Origin: Alphaproteobacteria bacterium
GTDB taxonomy: Bacteria; Pseudomonadota; Alphaproteobacteria; Bin95
Direction: 5' to 3'
DNA: 64,000 nucleotides
Assembly (NCBI GenBank): GCA_963665325.3
Contig: OZ224045.1
Location: 1,792,001-1,856,000 of the forward strand
Shown: one piece after another, positions 27,289 to 36,978 of the stretch
Numbering within the stretch: the stretch's first letter is position 1
Layout: each line of letters starts with the position of its first letter
Position numbers and translations under genes: made by a program
The notes under the pieces: model-generated
Databases searched by the model: none
Told to the model about the DNA's origin: nothing
Seen by the model: only the letters and a program-made list of their open reading frames with translations

Positions 27289-27294
27289 AGCCTG

Positions 27295-28404
27295 TCAGGA
27301 CAGGACGGAGATCGTCTTGGCACGGATGAGGTCGAAGTCGATGACGGCTCCGAGGCCGGGCGCTTCCGGCACATGGACCCGCCCGTCGCCGTCCACAACG
27401 ATTTCCTCGGCGAGCCCGTAGCGGTGGGCGCCGTCCGGCATCAGCACCTCGAACATCTCGGTGTTCGGGATCGAGCAGATCAGGTGCAGGTTGGCGACAT
27501 TGTTGAGCGAATTGCCGCCATGGTGGACCTCGTAGGACATGTGGAAGGCCTCGGCGAGGTGCGCGGTCTTGAGGCAGGCGGTAAGTCCGCCCTTCACGGC
27601 CACGTCGCCGCGCAGATAGTCGGTCGCCTGCAAGAGCAGCCAGGGCGCATAGGCCTGGAAGCCGCCGGGACTGTATTCCGTCGCGAGTATGGGAATGTCG
27701 AGCTTCTGGCGCAGCTTGATGTAGTTGGTGATGTCGTCGTCGGCGAGCGGGTCCTCGTACCAGTGGAAACCGAGCCGCTCCGCCGCCCGGCCGACGCGCA
27801 GCGCCGCCGGGTAGTCGTAGGACCAGGTGCTGTCGAGCATGATGCGGTAGTCGTCGCCGACCGCCTTGCGCACCGCCTCGCAGACGCGGATATCCTCGTC
27901 CGGGTCGGTCGGCGGGTGGATCTTGTAGGCCTTCCAGTTCGCGTCGCGGAAAGAGACCGCCTCCGCGGCATAGGCCTCGGGCGAGCCGAGCACGGCGGAG
28001 CTGGCATAGGCGGGCGCGCTCGTCCGCGATGTGCCCATCAGACGGTGGATCGGCAGGCCGGCCGCCTTGCCGGCGATGTCCCAGAGCGCGATATCGACGG
28101 CGCCGATGGCCCGCCAGGTGGTGTTGCGGTTGCGCGCGTTCAGCCCGGCATAAAGCCTCTCCCGGTCGAGCGGGTTCTCGCCCATCACCTGCGGCTTGAG
28201 GAAGCGGATGAGCGACTCCGCGTCGCTTGCCGCACCCCGGCTGGCGGAGCCGAGGAAGGCATGGCCCTCCACGCCGTCATCGGTGCGCAGCGTCAGCAGG
28301 CCGAGCTCGCTACGGCCCGCAAAGCGCCCCGTATGCTTGCCGTAGGAGGTCGCAGGGATGTCGTCCCAGGCGAAAAGAGTGAGGGTTACATCGTCGATCT
28401 TCAT
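27295..28404 (-). CDS. Mandelate racemase/muconate lactonizing enzyme family protein
   Basis: [27 protein letters not shown]. Confidence 0.9.
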   Translation of the reverse strand: MKIDDVTLTLFAWDDIPATSYGKHTGRFAGRSELGLLTLRTDDGVEGHAFLGSASRGAASDAESLIRFLKPQVMGENPLDRERLYAGLNARNRNTTWRAIGAVDIALWDIAGKAAGLPIHRLMGTSRTSAPAYASSAVLGSPEAYAAEAVSFRDANWKAYKIHPPTDPDEDIRVCEAVRKAVGDDYRIMLDSTWSYDYPAALRVGRAAERLGFHWYEDPLADDDITNYIKLRQKLDIPILATEYSPGGFQAYAPWLLLQATDYLRGDVAVKGGLTACLKTAHLAEAFHMSYEVHHGGNSLNNVANLHLICSIPNTEMFEVLMPDGAHRYGLAEEIVVDGDGRVHVPEAPGLGAVIDFDLIRAKTISVLS

Positions 28405-28427
28405 GGGGCGGCGCGCCCTCCTGCCAT

Positions 28428-28456
28428 CTTGAACCGAAGCGCGAAGCGTCTCATAT
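28428..28456 (+). promoter_or_regulatory. RpoH (sigma32)-like promoter of htpG
   Basis: CTTGAA-N16-CTCATAT upstream of a heat-shock gene. Confidence 0.6.
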
Positions 28457-28493
28457 GCCGGGCCGGGACGGAACAGCCGTAAGGGGGAATGGA

Positions 28494-28925
28494 ATGAGCG
28501 AAGAGCGCCGGGCGTTTCAGGCGGAGGTCGGGCGCATCCTCGACCTCATGGTGCACTCGGTCTATTCGGACAAGGAAATCTTCCTGCGGGAGCTGATTTC
28601 CAATGCGGCGGATGCCTGCGACCGGCTGCGCTACCGCGCCATCGCCGAGCCGGACCTGCTGGACGGCGATGGCGAGTTCGGCATTCGCATTGAGGTGGAC
28701 AAGGAAGCCCGGACCATCGCTGTCGTCGACAATGGCGAGGGCATGGGGCGCGAGGAGCTGGTCGAAAACCTTGGCACCATCGCGCGCTCCGGCACGGCCG
28801 CGTTCGCCGAAAGGCTGACCGGCGATGCAAAGAACGATGTCGCGCTGATCGGGCAGTTCGGCGTCGGCTTCTACTCCGCCTTCATGGTGGCCGAACGGGT
28901 GCGCGTCGTCTCCCGCGCCGCCGGG
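28494..28925 (+). pseudogene. htpG: htpG 5' fragment (interrupted by transposon)
   Basis: [32 protein letters not shown]; ends at the insertion. Confidence 0.95.
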
Positions 28926-29171
28926 TGAGTGTGCTCTCGGTATCTGATGGCGGGATGGTCACGTTGTTCGATGGTTTTCAGGCGTCGGGCCGGGCGTGAC
29001 GGCGGGGGTGTCGGACGGCCGTCGGCGCGTCAAGCCGCTTCGCGGCTCCTGCGCTGCGCTCCGGCCCTTCGGGTGACCCGCCGCCGTCCCTCCGACGGAG
29101 TGCATCCATGGCCGTAAGCAAGCTTCCGGCCACGGGCCGGCCGCTTTACGCAGTGTGACAATGGGAGCGGT

Positions 29172-29232
29172 GTTACCCGTTACCGTTACCCTCTCTCCCT
29201 AGGGGTTCGAGGCGGTAACGGTTTTCGGTAAC
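29172..29232. repeat. Iteron-like GTTACC/GGTAAC array around a CCCTAGGG palindrome
   Basis: GTTACC at 29172, 29179 and 29185; GGTAAC at 29214 and 29227; overlaps the helicase stop codon. Confidence 0.7.
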
Positions 29233-30197
29233 GTGTCCCTGCGGTCGTTGCCGTTGAGGGCGGCGAGGCGGTATCCGCCTTCGGATGCGCGCTCGACGCG
29301 TCCTTCGCGGACGAGCCTGTGCAGCGCCTCGGCGACGGTTGCGGGCCGGGTTGCCGCGCGCTCGCGGATCCGGCGCTGGGAGAGCGGCGCGTCGGCGTCG
29401 GCGAGGGCCTGCAGGATGCGCCGTTCGGGGGTATCCGGCTCCGGCGCCTGGTCTTCCGGCGTCTCGCGCAACCGCAGGGCGGGGCGCTCGTCGTCGTCGG
29501 CGAGTTCGATCTCGAGGTCTTCGAGGCCAGGGGCGTCGCGATGCTCGACGGTCATGAGGATCTGGCGGTCTCGCCGGCGCAGGTACAGATTCGAATCGCC
29601 CCAGGCGTGAAGTTCGCTGCTGCCGCGCAGCGCCTGCCCGGGCCGGGAGCCGCCGCTCTTTCGTGCGTGATGGACGAGGAGGACGGCGGTTTCGAAGCGG
29701 CGCTGTATGTCGCGCAGGAAGCCCAGCATGGGGGCGACCTCGGCGACGGTATTTTCGTCGACGCCGTGCAGGCGCACGAGGGGGTCGAGGACGACGAGGC
29801 GGGGTGAGACGCGCTCCACCGTCTCGACCAGGCGCTGGCGATCGGCGCGATGGTCGAGACGCAGCGTGGGCACGTCGATGACGGCGATGTCGAGGGTCTC
29901 GAACGCGGTGCCTGCCGCCTTTGCGATGCCCTGGAGGCGTGCGCGCACGATATGGCCGGCGTCCTCGGCGGCGAACAGCAGCACGGGGCCGCTTGCGGCG
30001 GGACGGAAGTGGCGCAGGCAGGGGACGCCGGCGGCGACCGCGACGGCGATGTCGAGTGCGAGGAAGGATTTGCCGCACTTGGGCTCGCCGCCGACGATGC
30101 CGACGCCCTGCTCGGACCACAACGCCTCGACCATCCAGCGGCGCGCCTGGGGGCGCTCTTCGAGCTCCGCCGGCGCCCGTGTCGGGAAGCCCTTCAC
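29199..30197 (-). CDS. AAA_25/RepA-like (SF4) helicase-ATPase with C-terminal winged HTH
   Basis: GTG overlapping the upstream stop; GEPKCGKS, FAAED, VVLDP, VHHARK, LRGSS; C-terminal LSQRRIRE..VAEALHRLVREGRV. Confidence 0.85.
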   Translation of the reverse strand: MKGFPTRAPAELEERPQARRWMVEALWSEQGVGIVGGEPKCGKSFLALDIAVAVAAGVPCLRHFRPAASGPVLLFAAEDAGHIVRARLQGIAKAAGTAFETLDIAVIDVPTLRLDHRADRQRLVETVERVSPRLVVLDPLVRLHGVDENTVAEVAPMLGFLRDIQRRFETAVLLVHHARKSGGSRPGQALRGSSELHAWGDSNLYLRRRDRQILMTVEHRDAPGLEDLEIELADDDERPALRLRETPEDQAPEPDTPERRILQALADADAPLSQRRIRERAATRPATVAEALHRLVREGRVERASEGGYRLAALNGNDRRDTLPKTVTASNP

Positions 30198-31027
30198 CGC
30201 CGCGCCCTCCTCGGCTTGGCGGGTTCGCCCAGGGTCTCGATGAAGAGCTTCTCGTCGAGGACCTCGCGCTCCTTCTCGGCGGCGGCGGCGAGCAGGGCGT
30301 CGGCCATGACGGTGAGCGCCCGCGGGTTGCCGTCGGCATGGGCGACCAGGGTGTCCTTGAGGCCCGCGGTCATGAGGCCGGGATTGCCGGCCTGCTCGAT
30401 CAGATGGTCGAGCAGGGCCGCGAGGTCGCCGGCCTCGGCCTTGGTCATGACCAGGCGCTGGCGGATGCGCGAGGCGATGGGCTGCAGATCGGGCTGGCGG
30501 AGCTTGTCGAGCAGGCGCGTGTCGCCGGCGAGGACGACCGAGAGGATGGCGCGCGAGTCGAAGTCGGTCGAAGCCAGCAGGCGGATCTCGGAGAACACCG
30601 AGGGCAGCAGCTCCTGGGCCTCGTCGACGAGCACGACGGGGCGCATGCGGGTATCGTCGACATGGGCGAGCCAGCGCTCGCGCAGGCTTTTGAAGCTGGC
30701 CCAGCGGTTGTTGTACATCAGGTCGACGCCGAACATCTCGCCGATCTCGCGGTAGAAGTCGGACAGCCGGGAGGAGGGATGGGTGATGGCGGCGATGCTG
30801 AGCCCCTCGCAGCGGCCGAGACGGTCGGCGAGCAGGCGCAACGCCACACTCTTTCCGGCGCCGGGCTCGCCGGCGATCAAGGCGAAGCCGCCCTGGCGCA
30901 CCAGGTGGCGCTCGATCCTGAGGCAGAAGCTGTCGACGGCAGGCGTCGCCATGAGACTGTCGACCGGCAGGTCGGTGGCGAAGGGGTTCCACTTGAGCCC
31001 GTAGAAGGTGAGCAGTTCCCGGTTCAT
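30194..31027 (-). CDS. ExeA-type AAA+ ATPase (TnsC/MuB-like transposition helper)
   Basis: FYGLKWNPF, GEPGAGKS, VLVDEAQ, GNPRAL. Confidence 0.88.
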   Translation of the reverse strand: MNRELLTFYGLKWNPFATDLPVDSLMATPAVDSFCLRIERHLVRQGGFALIAGEPGAGKSVALRLLADRLGRCEGLSIAAITHPSSRLSDFYREIGEMFGVDLMYNNRWASFKSLRERWLAHVDDTRMRPVVLVDEAQELLPSVFSEIRLLASTDFDSRAILSVVLAGDTRLLDKLRQPDLQPIASRIRQRLVMTKAEAGDLAALLDHLIEQAGNPGLMTAGLKDTLVAHADGNPRALTVMADALLAAAAEKEREVLDEKLFIETLGEPAKPRRARR

Positions 31028-32499
31028 GGCGCATCTCCCCGATCTTCGTCCTCGCCCGGACCGGGCGTCTTGTCATGGGGCAGCCAGGCCGGCGGCAGGC
31101 CGGTTGCGGCCTGGGCGTCGAGCATGCCCTTGAGCAGCGGCGGAAGTTCCCCCGTCCCCGCGCCGCCATTGCCATCGTTGCCGCCGGGGCCGGCGGGACG
31201 GCGCACGCCATCGGCGTTGCCGCGCTTGTCGAGGGGGTACAGCGTGCACAGGCGCTCGCCGCCTCGACCGTCGATCAGATCGACGCTGGCGAGGTTCCAG
31301 CGCGCGTAACGGATCCAGGCCTCGCGCAGGTGGCGCCACGGCTGTGGCACCTGGTAGCGGATGCCCTCGACCGAGACGGTGCCGTCCGAGCGCCTGAGCG
31401 TGCGCTTCCTGGTGATGCGGAAGGCCGCCTTGAGCTCGGCCGAGCCGGGGCAGGATCTCGACGCGTCGACGCTCCCGGCCAGGCGTTGATGCGGCGTCAT
31501 GCCGAGCTCGCGGTGCTTGCGGCGGTGATAGTCCTGCTCCAGCCAGGCGATGGTGGCGTCGTTGAGCATCTTCAAGGTAAGCGCGTCGACGCCTTCGAGC
31601 TGAGCCATCAGGCGCGATTCGACCGTGCCCCAGAACGACTCGATCTTGCCGTTCTGATGGGGGCTGTAAGCGAGCGTCGTGACCCCCGCGATGCCGAGCC
31701 GGTGCAACCCCTCCTCGACCTCGCCCGCGGTCATCGCCGCGCCGTTGTCGGTCAGCAGGGACCTCGGCAGACCGCGCTTCATGAAGGCCTGGCAAAGGCC
31801 GTGGACGAACACCTCGGCGGTCTCGGCGAGGTACCACTGAAGGTGGCAGCCGAGGCGCGAGTGGTCGTCGAGGAAGCCGAGCAGGATCGGCGTCTTCCAC
31901 TCGCCCGAGGCGGTCAGCACGCGACGCTTGGCGCTGTGCATGTCGGCGTGCCACAGGGCGTGAGAGCGCGAGACCTCGTAGCTCAATACCTCGCGGGCTT
32001 CGACCGCCGGCCTGGCCTCGCTCTCATGCCACTTGCGCCGGCGCTTGCGTACCAGCCCGCGAGCCCGCATCGCCCGGGTCAGCGTCGCGTAGGACGGTAT
32101 CGGGCCGAGCTCGGGATCGGCCTCGACCCGCGCGGCCAGATTCTCGTGATGAAGCTGCGCCGACCACGACGGATGCGCCCGGTACTGCTCGTGCAGCGCC
32201 TCGATCAGCGTCGGCGACATCGCGCGCGGGCGCCCGGCATCGGCGCGCGGGCGCCGCTTGAGCGCCCCCACCGGATCGTTGTCCGCCGCCCGCGCCTGGT
32301 AGTACCAGCGCTCGATCGTGGACACCGCGAAGCGCACCCGGCCCTTGCCGGACGGGTGATCCCACTCGCGTTCGGCAAGCCGCTCAAGCTCGGCGTGCAG
32401 CCGCCCCGCCGGCGGCGGCGAGGCCAGAAGCGGCCCGACCACCGCGAAGCGCAACCGCGCCCACCGGTCGCGACGCTCGCTCCCGTCGTTGCTGTTCAT
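31024..32499 (-). CDS. DDE transposase (Mu/TnsB/IS481-like integrase core)
   Basis: HTH N-terminus; WHADM, LDDHSR, LLTDNG, NGKIESFW; Mu-transposase-C-like RTLRRSDGTVSVEG. Confidence 0.92.
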   Translation of the reverse strand: MNSNDGSERRDRWARLRFAVVGPLLASPPPAGRLHAELERLAEREWDHPSGKGRVRFAVSTIERWYYQARAADNDPVGALKRRPRADAGRPRAMSPTLIEALHEQYRAHPSWSAQLHHENLAARVEADPELGPIPSYATLTRAMRARGLVRKRRRKWHESEARPAVEAREVLSYEVSRSHALWHADMHSAKRRVLTASGEWKTPILLGFLDDHSRLGCHLQWYLAETAEVFVHGLCQAFMKRGLPRSLLTDNGAAMTAGEVEEGLHRLGIAGVTTLAYSPHQNGKIESFWGTVESRLMAQLEGVDALTLKMLNDATIAWLEQDYHRRKHRELGMTPHQRLAGSVDASRSCPGSAELKAAFRITRKRTLRRSDGTVSVEGIRYQVPQPWRHLREAWIRYARWNLASVDLIDGRGGERLCTLYPLDKRGNADGVRRPAGPGGNDGNGGAGTGELPPLLKGMLDAQAATGLPPAWLPHDKTPGPGEDEDRGDAP

Positions 32500-32547
32500 T
32501 CCGGCATCCCCCTCGCTGCTTCGTGGAGGTGCCGATGATGCGGTGCC

Positions 32548-33162
32548 CTATCCGTGCATCATAGAAACGCTTTCTGCGGGCGAAGCCGGACCTGCGCCGA
32601 GCGCGCAAAAGCCGGTCCACGGCATCAGCCAGACCAGGCTCCGCAGCAGCCGCGAGCGGAAGCCACGGCCCCGCATGATGCGCAGCAGCCGGCGCAGCGG
32701 CGCCTCTTCGGGCGGCGCCGCCAGCTCGCCCCGTCTCGCCTGCCACTCCCGGGTCAGCGGGAAGGCTTCCAGCCACCAGCGCCGCCAGCGCTTCAGCGTC
32801 GAGGCCGGAACCCCGCACCGCCGCGCGATCGTCTGCAACCGCGCGCCGCCGGCCACAGCCAGCGCACTCACCACAAGGAACAGCGCCCCGACGTAAAAGC
32901 GCCTGCCGAAGAAACGCACCGACGGCGGCTTCACGCGGCGTCGGCACACCGAACAGCACAGGCTGAAGCGCCGAACGTCGTTCCGAAGATTCGCCGCCAG
33001 ACCGTGCGGCTTGCGCGGGTAGCTCGCGCTGTGAAGCGCGCCGCCGCAGCGCGGGCAACCCGCCGCCCGGCACGCCTCCGCCTCGGCCGCGTCGACCTGC
33101 TTCAGAAAATCCCAAACCCGGGCGTTGGAGAGATTGGAGTGCCGGAACAGCTTGTGCGACAT
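32548..33162 (-). CDS. Zinc-ribbon + HTH accessory protein of the transposon
   Basis: CPRCGG..CCSVCRRR; IARRCGVPASTLKRWRRWW. Confidence 0.75.
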   Translation of the reverse strand: MSHKLFRHSNLSNARVWDFLKQVDAAEAEACRAAGCPRCGGALHSASYPRKPHGLAANLRNDVRRFSLCCSVCRRRVKPPSVRFFGRRFYVGALFLVVSALAVAGGARLQTIARRCGVPASTLKRWRRWWLEAFPLTREWQARRGELAAPPEEAPLRRLLRIMRGRGFRSRLLRSLVWLMPWTGFCALGAGPASPAESVSMMHG

Positions 33163-33315
33163 TGGGGCCGTCTCAGGTTGATGTCACTGTCACCGAGACA
33201 AGCCCTCCGGCGGCCTTCTTGCAAGATCGCCGGGGGGCACCCAATCCAAAACCTCGATTAATCCGAGCCGATCAGCCCCTGATCGCCGCTGAAAGCCTGC
33301 GCCCGCTCAGCCGGG

Positions 33316-34737
33316 GCGGAAGAGGCGTTCGCCTGGGAATCGGACGGGCACGGCGAGTTCACGATCGCGGAGGCGGAGCGGGAAGCGCGCGGAACCGAGA
33401 TCGTGCTGTATCTCAGGGAAGGCGAAGACGAGTTCCTGGAGCCGGCGCGGCTTCGCTCGGTGGTCAAGACCTATTCCGACCATATCGCCATTCCGGTCGA
33501 GATGGACGGCGAGACGGTCAACGCCGCCTCGGCGCTCTGGACCCGGCCCCGCAACGAGATCGAGCCGGAGCAATATGCCGAGTTCTACCGGCAGGTGGGG
33601 CATGCCTTCGACGAGCCCTGGCTTACGCTGCATTTCCGCGCCGAGGGCGTGATCGAATATTCGGGCCTGCTGTTCGTTCCGACTTCGCGCCCCTTCGACC
33701 TCTTCAACCCCGACCGCAAGTCGGCGCTCAAGCTCTATGTGAAGCGCGTCTTCATCACCGACGATGCGCCGGAACTGGTCCCGGCCTGGCTGCGCTTCCT
33801 GCGCGGCGTGGTCGATAGCGAGGACCTGCCGCTCAACCTCTCGCGCGAAATGCTCCAGCGGAACCCGGTGCTGCGGCGCATCCGCGACGGGCTGGTGCGC
33901 CGAGTGCTGGGCGAACTCAAGACCAAGGCCGAGGCGGACAAGGAAGGTTACGAGGCTTTCTGGGAAGCCTTCGGGCCGGTGCTGAAGGAAGGGCTCTACG
34001 AGGATTCCGGCCAGCGGGAGGCGCTGCTGGAGCTGGCGCGCTTCCGCTCGACCGCTTCGGAGGACTGGACGACGCTCGCGGCCTATGTCGAGCGGATGCG
34101 AGAGGGCCAGGAGGCGATCTACTACATCGCCGGCGAGGAGGGCGCCGCGCTCGCCGGCAGCCCCCACCTGGAAGGCTTCCGGGCCCGCAAGGTCGAGGTG
34201 CTGCTGTTGCAGGACCCGGTGGACGATTTCTGGGTGTCCGCCGTCGGCGAGTATGACGGCAAGGGGTTGGTTTCCGTTTCGCGCGGCGGCATAGACCTGA
34301 GCGCGATTCCGCCGGTCGAGGACGAGTCCCCGAAGGAGGATGCCGACGCGGATGCGGATATCGCCTCGCTGGTCGCGCTCTTCAAGGTGACGCTGGGTGA
34401 GGCGGTCAAGGATGTGCGCGGCTCGGAGACGCTGACCGAGAGCGCTGTGCGCCTGGTGGCGGACGAGGGCGACATGGACCTGCATCTGGAACGCATGCTG
34501 CGCCGCCACGGCCAGATCGACAGCGCTATGTCGCGCCGGGTGCTGGAGCTCAATCCGCGCCACCGGCTGGTGCAGGGCCTTGCGCGCTCCATGGCTGCGG
34601 GCGAGGACCGGGCCGCGCAGCTTGCGCCCCTGCTGCTGGACCAGGCCCGCATCGCCGAGGGTGAAACACCGGACGACCCCGCCGCCTTCGCGCGCCGCCT
34701 CGCCGATGCCCTGGCGGACAGCCTGCCGGGCGAGTGA
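33316..34737 (+). pseudogene. htpG: htpG 3' fragment
   Basis: WESDGHGEF, LYVKRVFITD, GVVDSEDLPLNLSREMLQ, LELNPRH. Confidence 0.95.
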
Positions 34738-34743
34738 CGGGAC

Positions 34744-35481
34744 TCAATACCGGACGCGGGTCAGGCAGAGGCCGTGGGGCGGGGCGGTCGGGCCGGCGGC
34801 GGGGCGCGAGGCGGCTTCGAGCGCCGCCGACACATCGTCGGGCGTGCGCTTCCCGACGCCCGCTTCGCGCAAGGTGCCGGCGATAATGCGCATCTGGTGG
34901 TGCAGGAAGGAGCGCGCCTCCGCATAGAGCACGATCTCTTCGCCCTCGCGGCGAATATCGAGGCGGTCGAGCGTGCGGACAGGCGAGTCCGCCTGGCATT
35001 CCGAGGAGCGGAAGCTGGTGAAATCGTGCCGTCCGAGCAGGCGTTTGGCAGCCCGGTCCATCGCGCCGGCGTCGAGAGGCGTGCCGACATGCCAGACCCG
35101 GCCCCGCTCCAGCGCCGGCGGCGCGCGGCGGTTCAGGATACGGAAGCGGTAGGCGCGGCCGGTAGCGGAGAACCGCGCGTGGAAGTCCGGTGCGGCCTCT
35201 TCGGCCTCCAGCACCGAAACCGGCTGGTGGCCCAGATGGTGGTTGACCGCATCGCGCAGCACCGCCGGCCGTCGCGTCCCCTCGAGGTCCAGATGCGCGA
35301 CCTGGCCCTCGGCATGGACGCCGGCATCGGTGCGCCCGGCGCCCTGGACCCGCACCCGTTCGCCGCAGAAGCGGAACACGGCCTCCTCCAGTGCCGACTG
35401 CACCGAGGGGCCGTTCGCCTGGGCCTGCCACCCGACGAACGGCCCGCCGTCATACTCAACGAGAATGCGGTAGCGCGGCAT
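34744..35481 (-). CDS. truA: tRNA pseudouridine(38-40) synthase
   Basis: GAGRTDAGVHA, FHARFSA, PTAPPHGL. Confidence 0.96.
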   Translation of the reverse strand: MPRYRILVEYDGGPFVGWQAQANGPSVQSALEEAVFRFCGERVRVQGAGRTDAGVHAEGQVAHLDLEGTRRPAVLRDAVNHHLGHQPVSVLEAEEAAPDFHARFSATGRAYRFRILNRRAPPALERGRVWHVGTPLDAGAMDRAAKRLLGRHDFTSFRSSECQADSPVRTLDRLDIRREGEEIVLYAEARSFLHHQMRIIAGTLREAGVGKRTPDDVSAALEAASRPAAGPTAPPHGLCLTRVRY

Positions 35482-36394
35482 CGGTCAGATCCGTCCCTGC
35501 CGGCAGGGCGAAGCCGCGCAGGAAGGCAGCTGTCTCCATGGCCGAACGCCCCGGCCGCTGTAGGCGCAGCAGGCGCAACACGCCCTCGCCGCAGGCAATC
35601 GCAGCGCCTTCGTCCAGCACGCGGCCGGGCGGCCCGCCGCCGGTTTCGACCGCGGCGGCCTCGACCCTGATGCTCTCGCCCCGAAAGGCGAAGCGAGCGC
35701 CCGGCCGCGGGGCGAAGGCGCGCACCCGCCGCTCCAGTTCGCGCGCCGGGCGGGTCCAGTCCAGAAGGCTGTCCTCCCGCGCGAGTTTCGGCGCCCAGGT
35801 GACGCCGGCCTCCGGCTGCGGCACCGGTTTCAGGCGGCCGCCAGCCAGCCCGGACAGCGCTTCCACGACGGCTTCTGCGCCGAGCTGCGCCAGCCGGTCA
35901 TGCAGGTCCCCGCCGGTCGTCTCCGGCCCGATGGAAATCCGCCGCGCCAGGAACACAGGCCCCGTGTCCAGGCCCTCGTCCATCGCCATGACGGAAATGC
36001 CAGTCTTGCGGTCGCCGGCCAGGATTGCATGCTGAATCGGTGCCGCTCCCCGCCAGCGCGGCAGCAGCGAGGCGTGGACATTCAGGCAGCCGAAGCGCGG
36101 CGCGGCCAGGATTGCCGGCGGTAGCAGCAGCCCGTAAGCGGCGGTAACGGTGGCGTCGAGACCGAGCGCAGCGAAGTCGCTCTGGAGCGCGGGATCGCGG
36201 AGGCTGGCGGGCGTTGCAACCGGAATGCCGCGCGGCTCCGCGAAGGCCTGCACCGGCGAGGGCCGGAGCTTGCGGCCGCGGCCGGCCGGGCGAGGCGGCT
36301 GCGCGTAGACCCGCACGATTTCATGGCCTGCGTCCAGCAGGGCTTCGAGGGCCGGCAGGGCGAAATCCGGCGTGCCCAGAAAGGCGAGGCGCAC
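35456..36394 (-). CDS. fmt: Methionyl-tRNA formyltransferase
   Basis: FLGTPDFA, NVHASLLPRWRGAAPI, GLDTG. Confidence 0.96.
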   Translation of the reverse strand: MRLAFLGTPDFALPALEALLDAGHEIVRVYAQPPRPAGRGRKLRPSPVQAFAEPRGIPVATPASLRDPALQSDFAALGLDATVTAAYGLLLPPAILAAPRFGCLNVHASLLPRWRGAAPIQHAILAGDRKTGISVMAMDEGLDTGPVFLARRISIGPETTGGDLHDRLAQLGAEAVVEALSGLAGGRLKPVPQPEAGVTWAPKLAREDSLLDWTRPARELERRVRAFAPRPGARFAFRGESIRVEAAAVETGGGPPGRVLDEGAAIACGEGVLRLLRLQRPGRSAMETAAFLRGFALPAGTDLTDAALPHSR

Positions 36395-36400
36395 CGGCCC

Positions 36401-36916
36401 TCAGTCCTTCTTGCGGCGCTTCGACTTCTCCAGCCGTCGCAGGATCACGCCGCGCTTGATTGCAGACAGATAGTCCACATGCAGCACGCCGTTCAGATGG
36501 TCGATCTCATGCTGGAGGCAGCGCGCGCGCAGGCCGTCGACCTCGATCTCCTGCGCCGTCCCGTTCTCGTCGAGATAGGCAACCCGCGCAGCCTCCGGCC
36601 GGTCGACGTCCACATAGATTTCCGGCAGCGACAGGCAGCCTTCATTGCCGGTGACAATCTCGTCGGAGCACCAGACGATTTCCGGATCGACCAGCTTCAG
36701 CGGGTCCGGTTCTTCCTCGTCGCGTGCGCAATCCATTACCACGAGGCGCTTCAGCACCCCGACCTGCGGGGCCGCCAGACCGACGCCGGGCGCGGCGTAC
36801 ATGGTCTCCAGCATGTCGTCGAGCAGGCGCCGGGTCGCATCGTCCACCTCGCCCAGGGGAGTGCATTTCGTTCGCAGCCGCCGGTCAGGGGCGATCAGGA
36901 TGTCGAGTTTCGCCAT
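36401..36916 (-). CDS. def: Peptide deformylase
   Basis: GVGLAAPQ, EGCLS, QHEIDHLNG. Confidence 0.97.
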   Translation of the reverse strand: MAKLDILIAPDRRLRTKCTPLGEVDDATRRLLDDMLETMYAAPGVGLAAPQVGVLKRLVVMDCARDEEEPDPLKLVDPEIVWCSDEIVTGNEGCLSLPEIYVDVDRPEAARVAYLDENGTAQEIEVDGLRARCLQHEIDHLNGVLHVDYLSAIKRGVILRRLEKSKRRKKD

Positions 36917-36978
36917 AGTCCGCAGGTCGTCGATTTCGCGGCGCCTTATGCCACGGCGCGCCGCCTCCCGGAAGCCCG

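Larger units (their letters stand above)
28926..33309 (-). mobile_element. 4384-bp four-gene DDE transposon inserted in htpG
   Basis: Target duplication GCCGGG (28920-28925, 33310-33315); termini TGAG..CTCA; removal restores the htpG frame (SRAAG-AEEAFAWESDG). Confidence 0.93.

Noticed and set aside
30198-31211. N-terminal extension making a 670-aa helicase
   Set aside because: Overlaps the ExeA ATPase in another frame; the coupled GTG at 30197 is the better start
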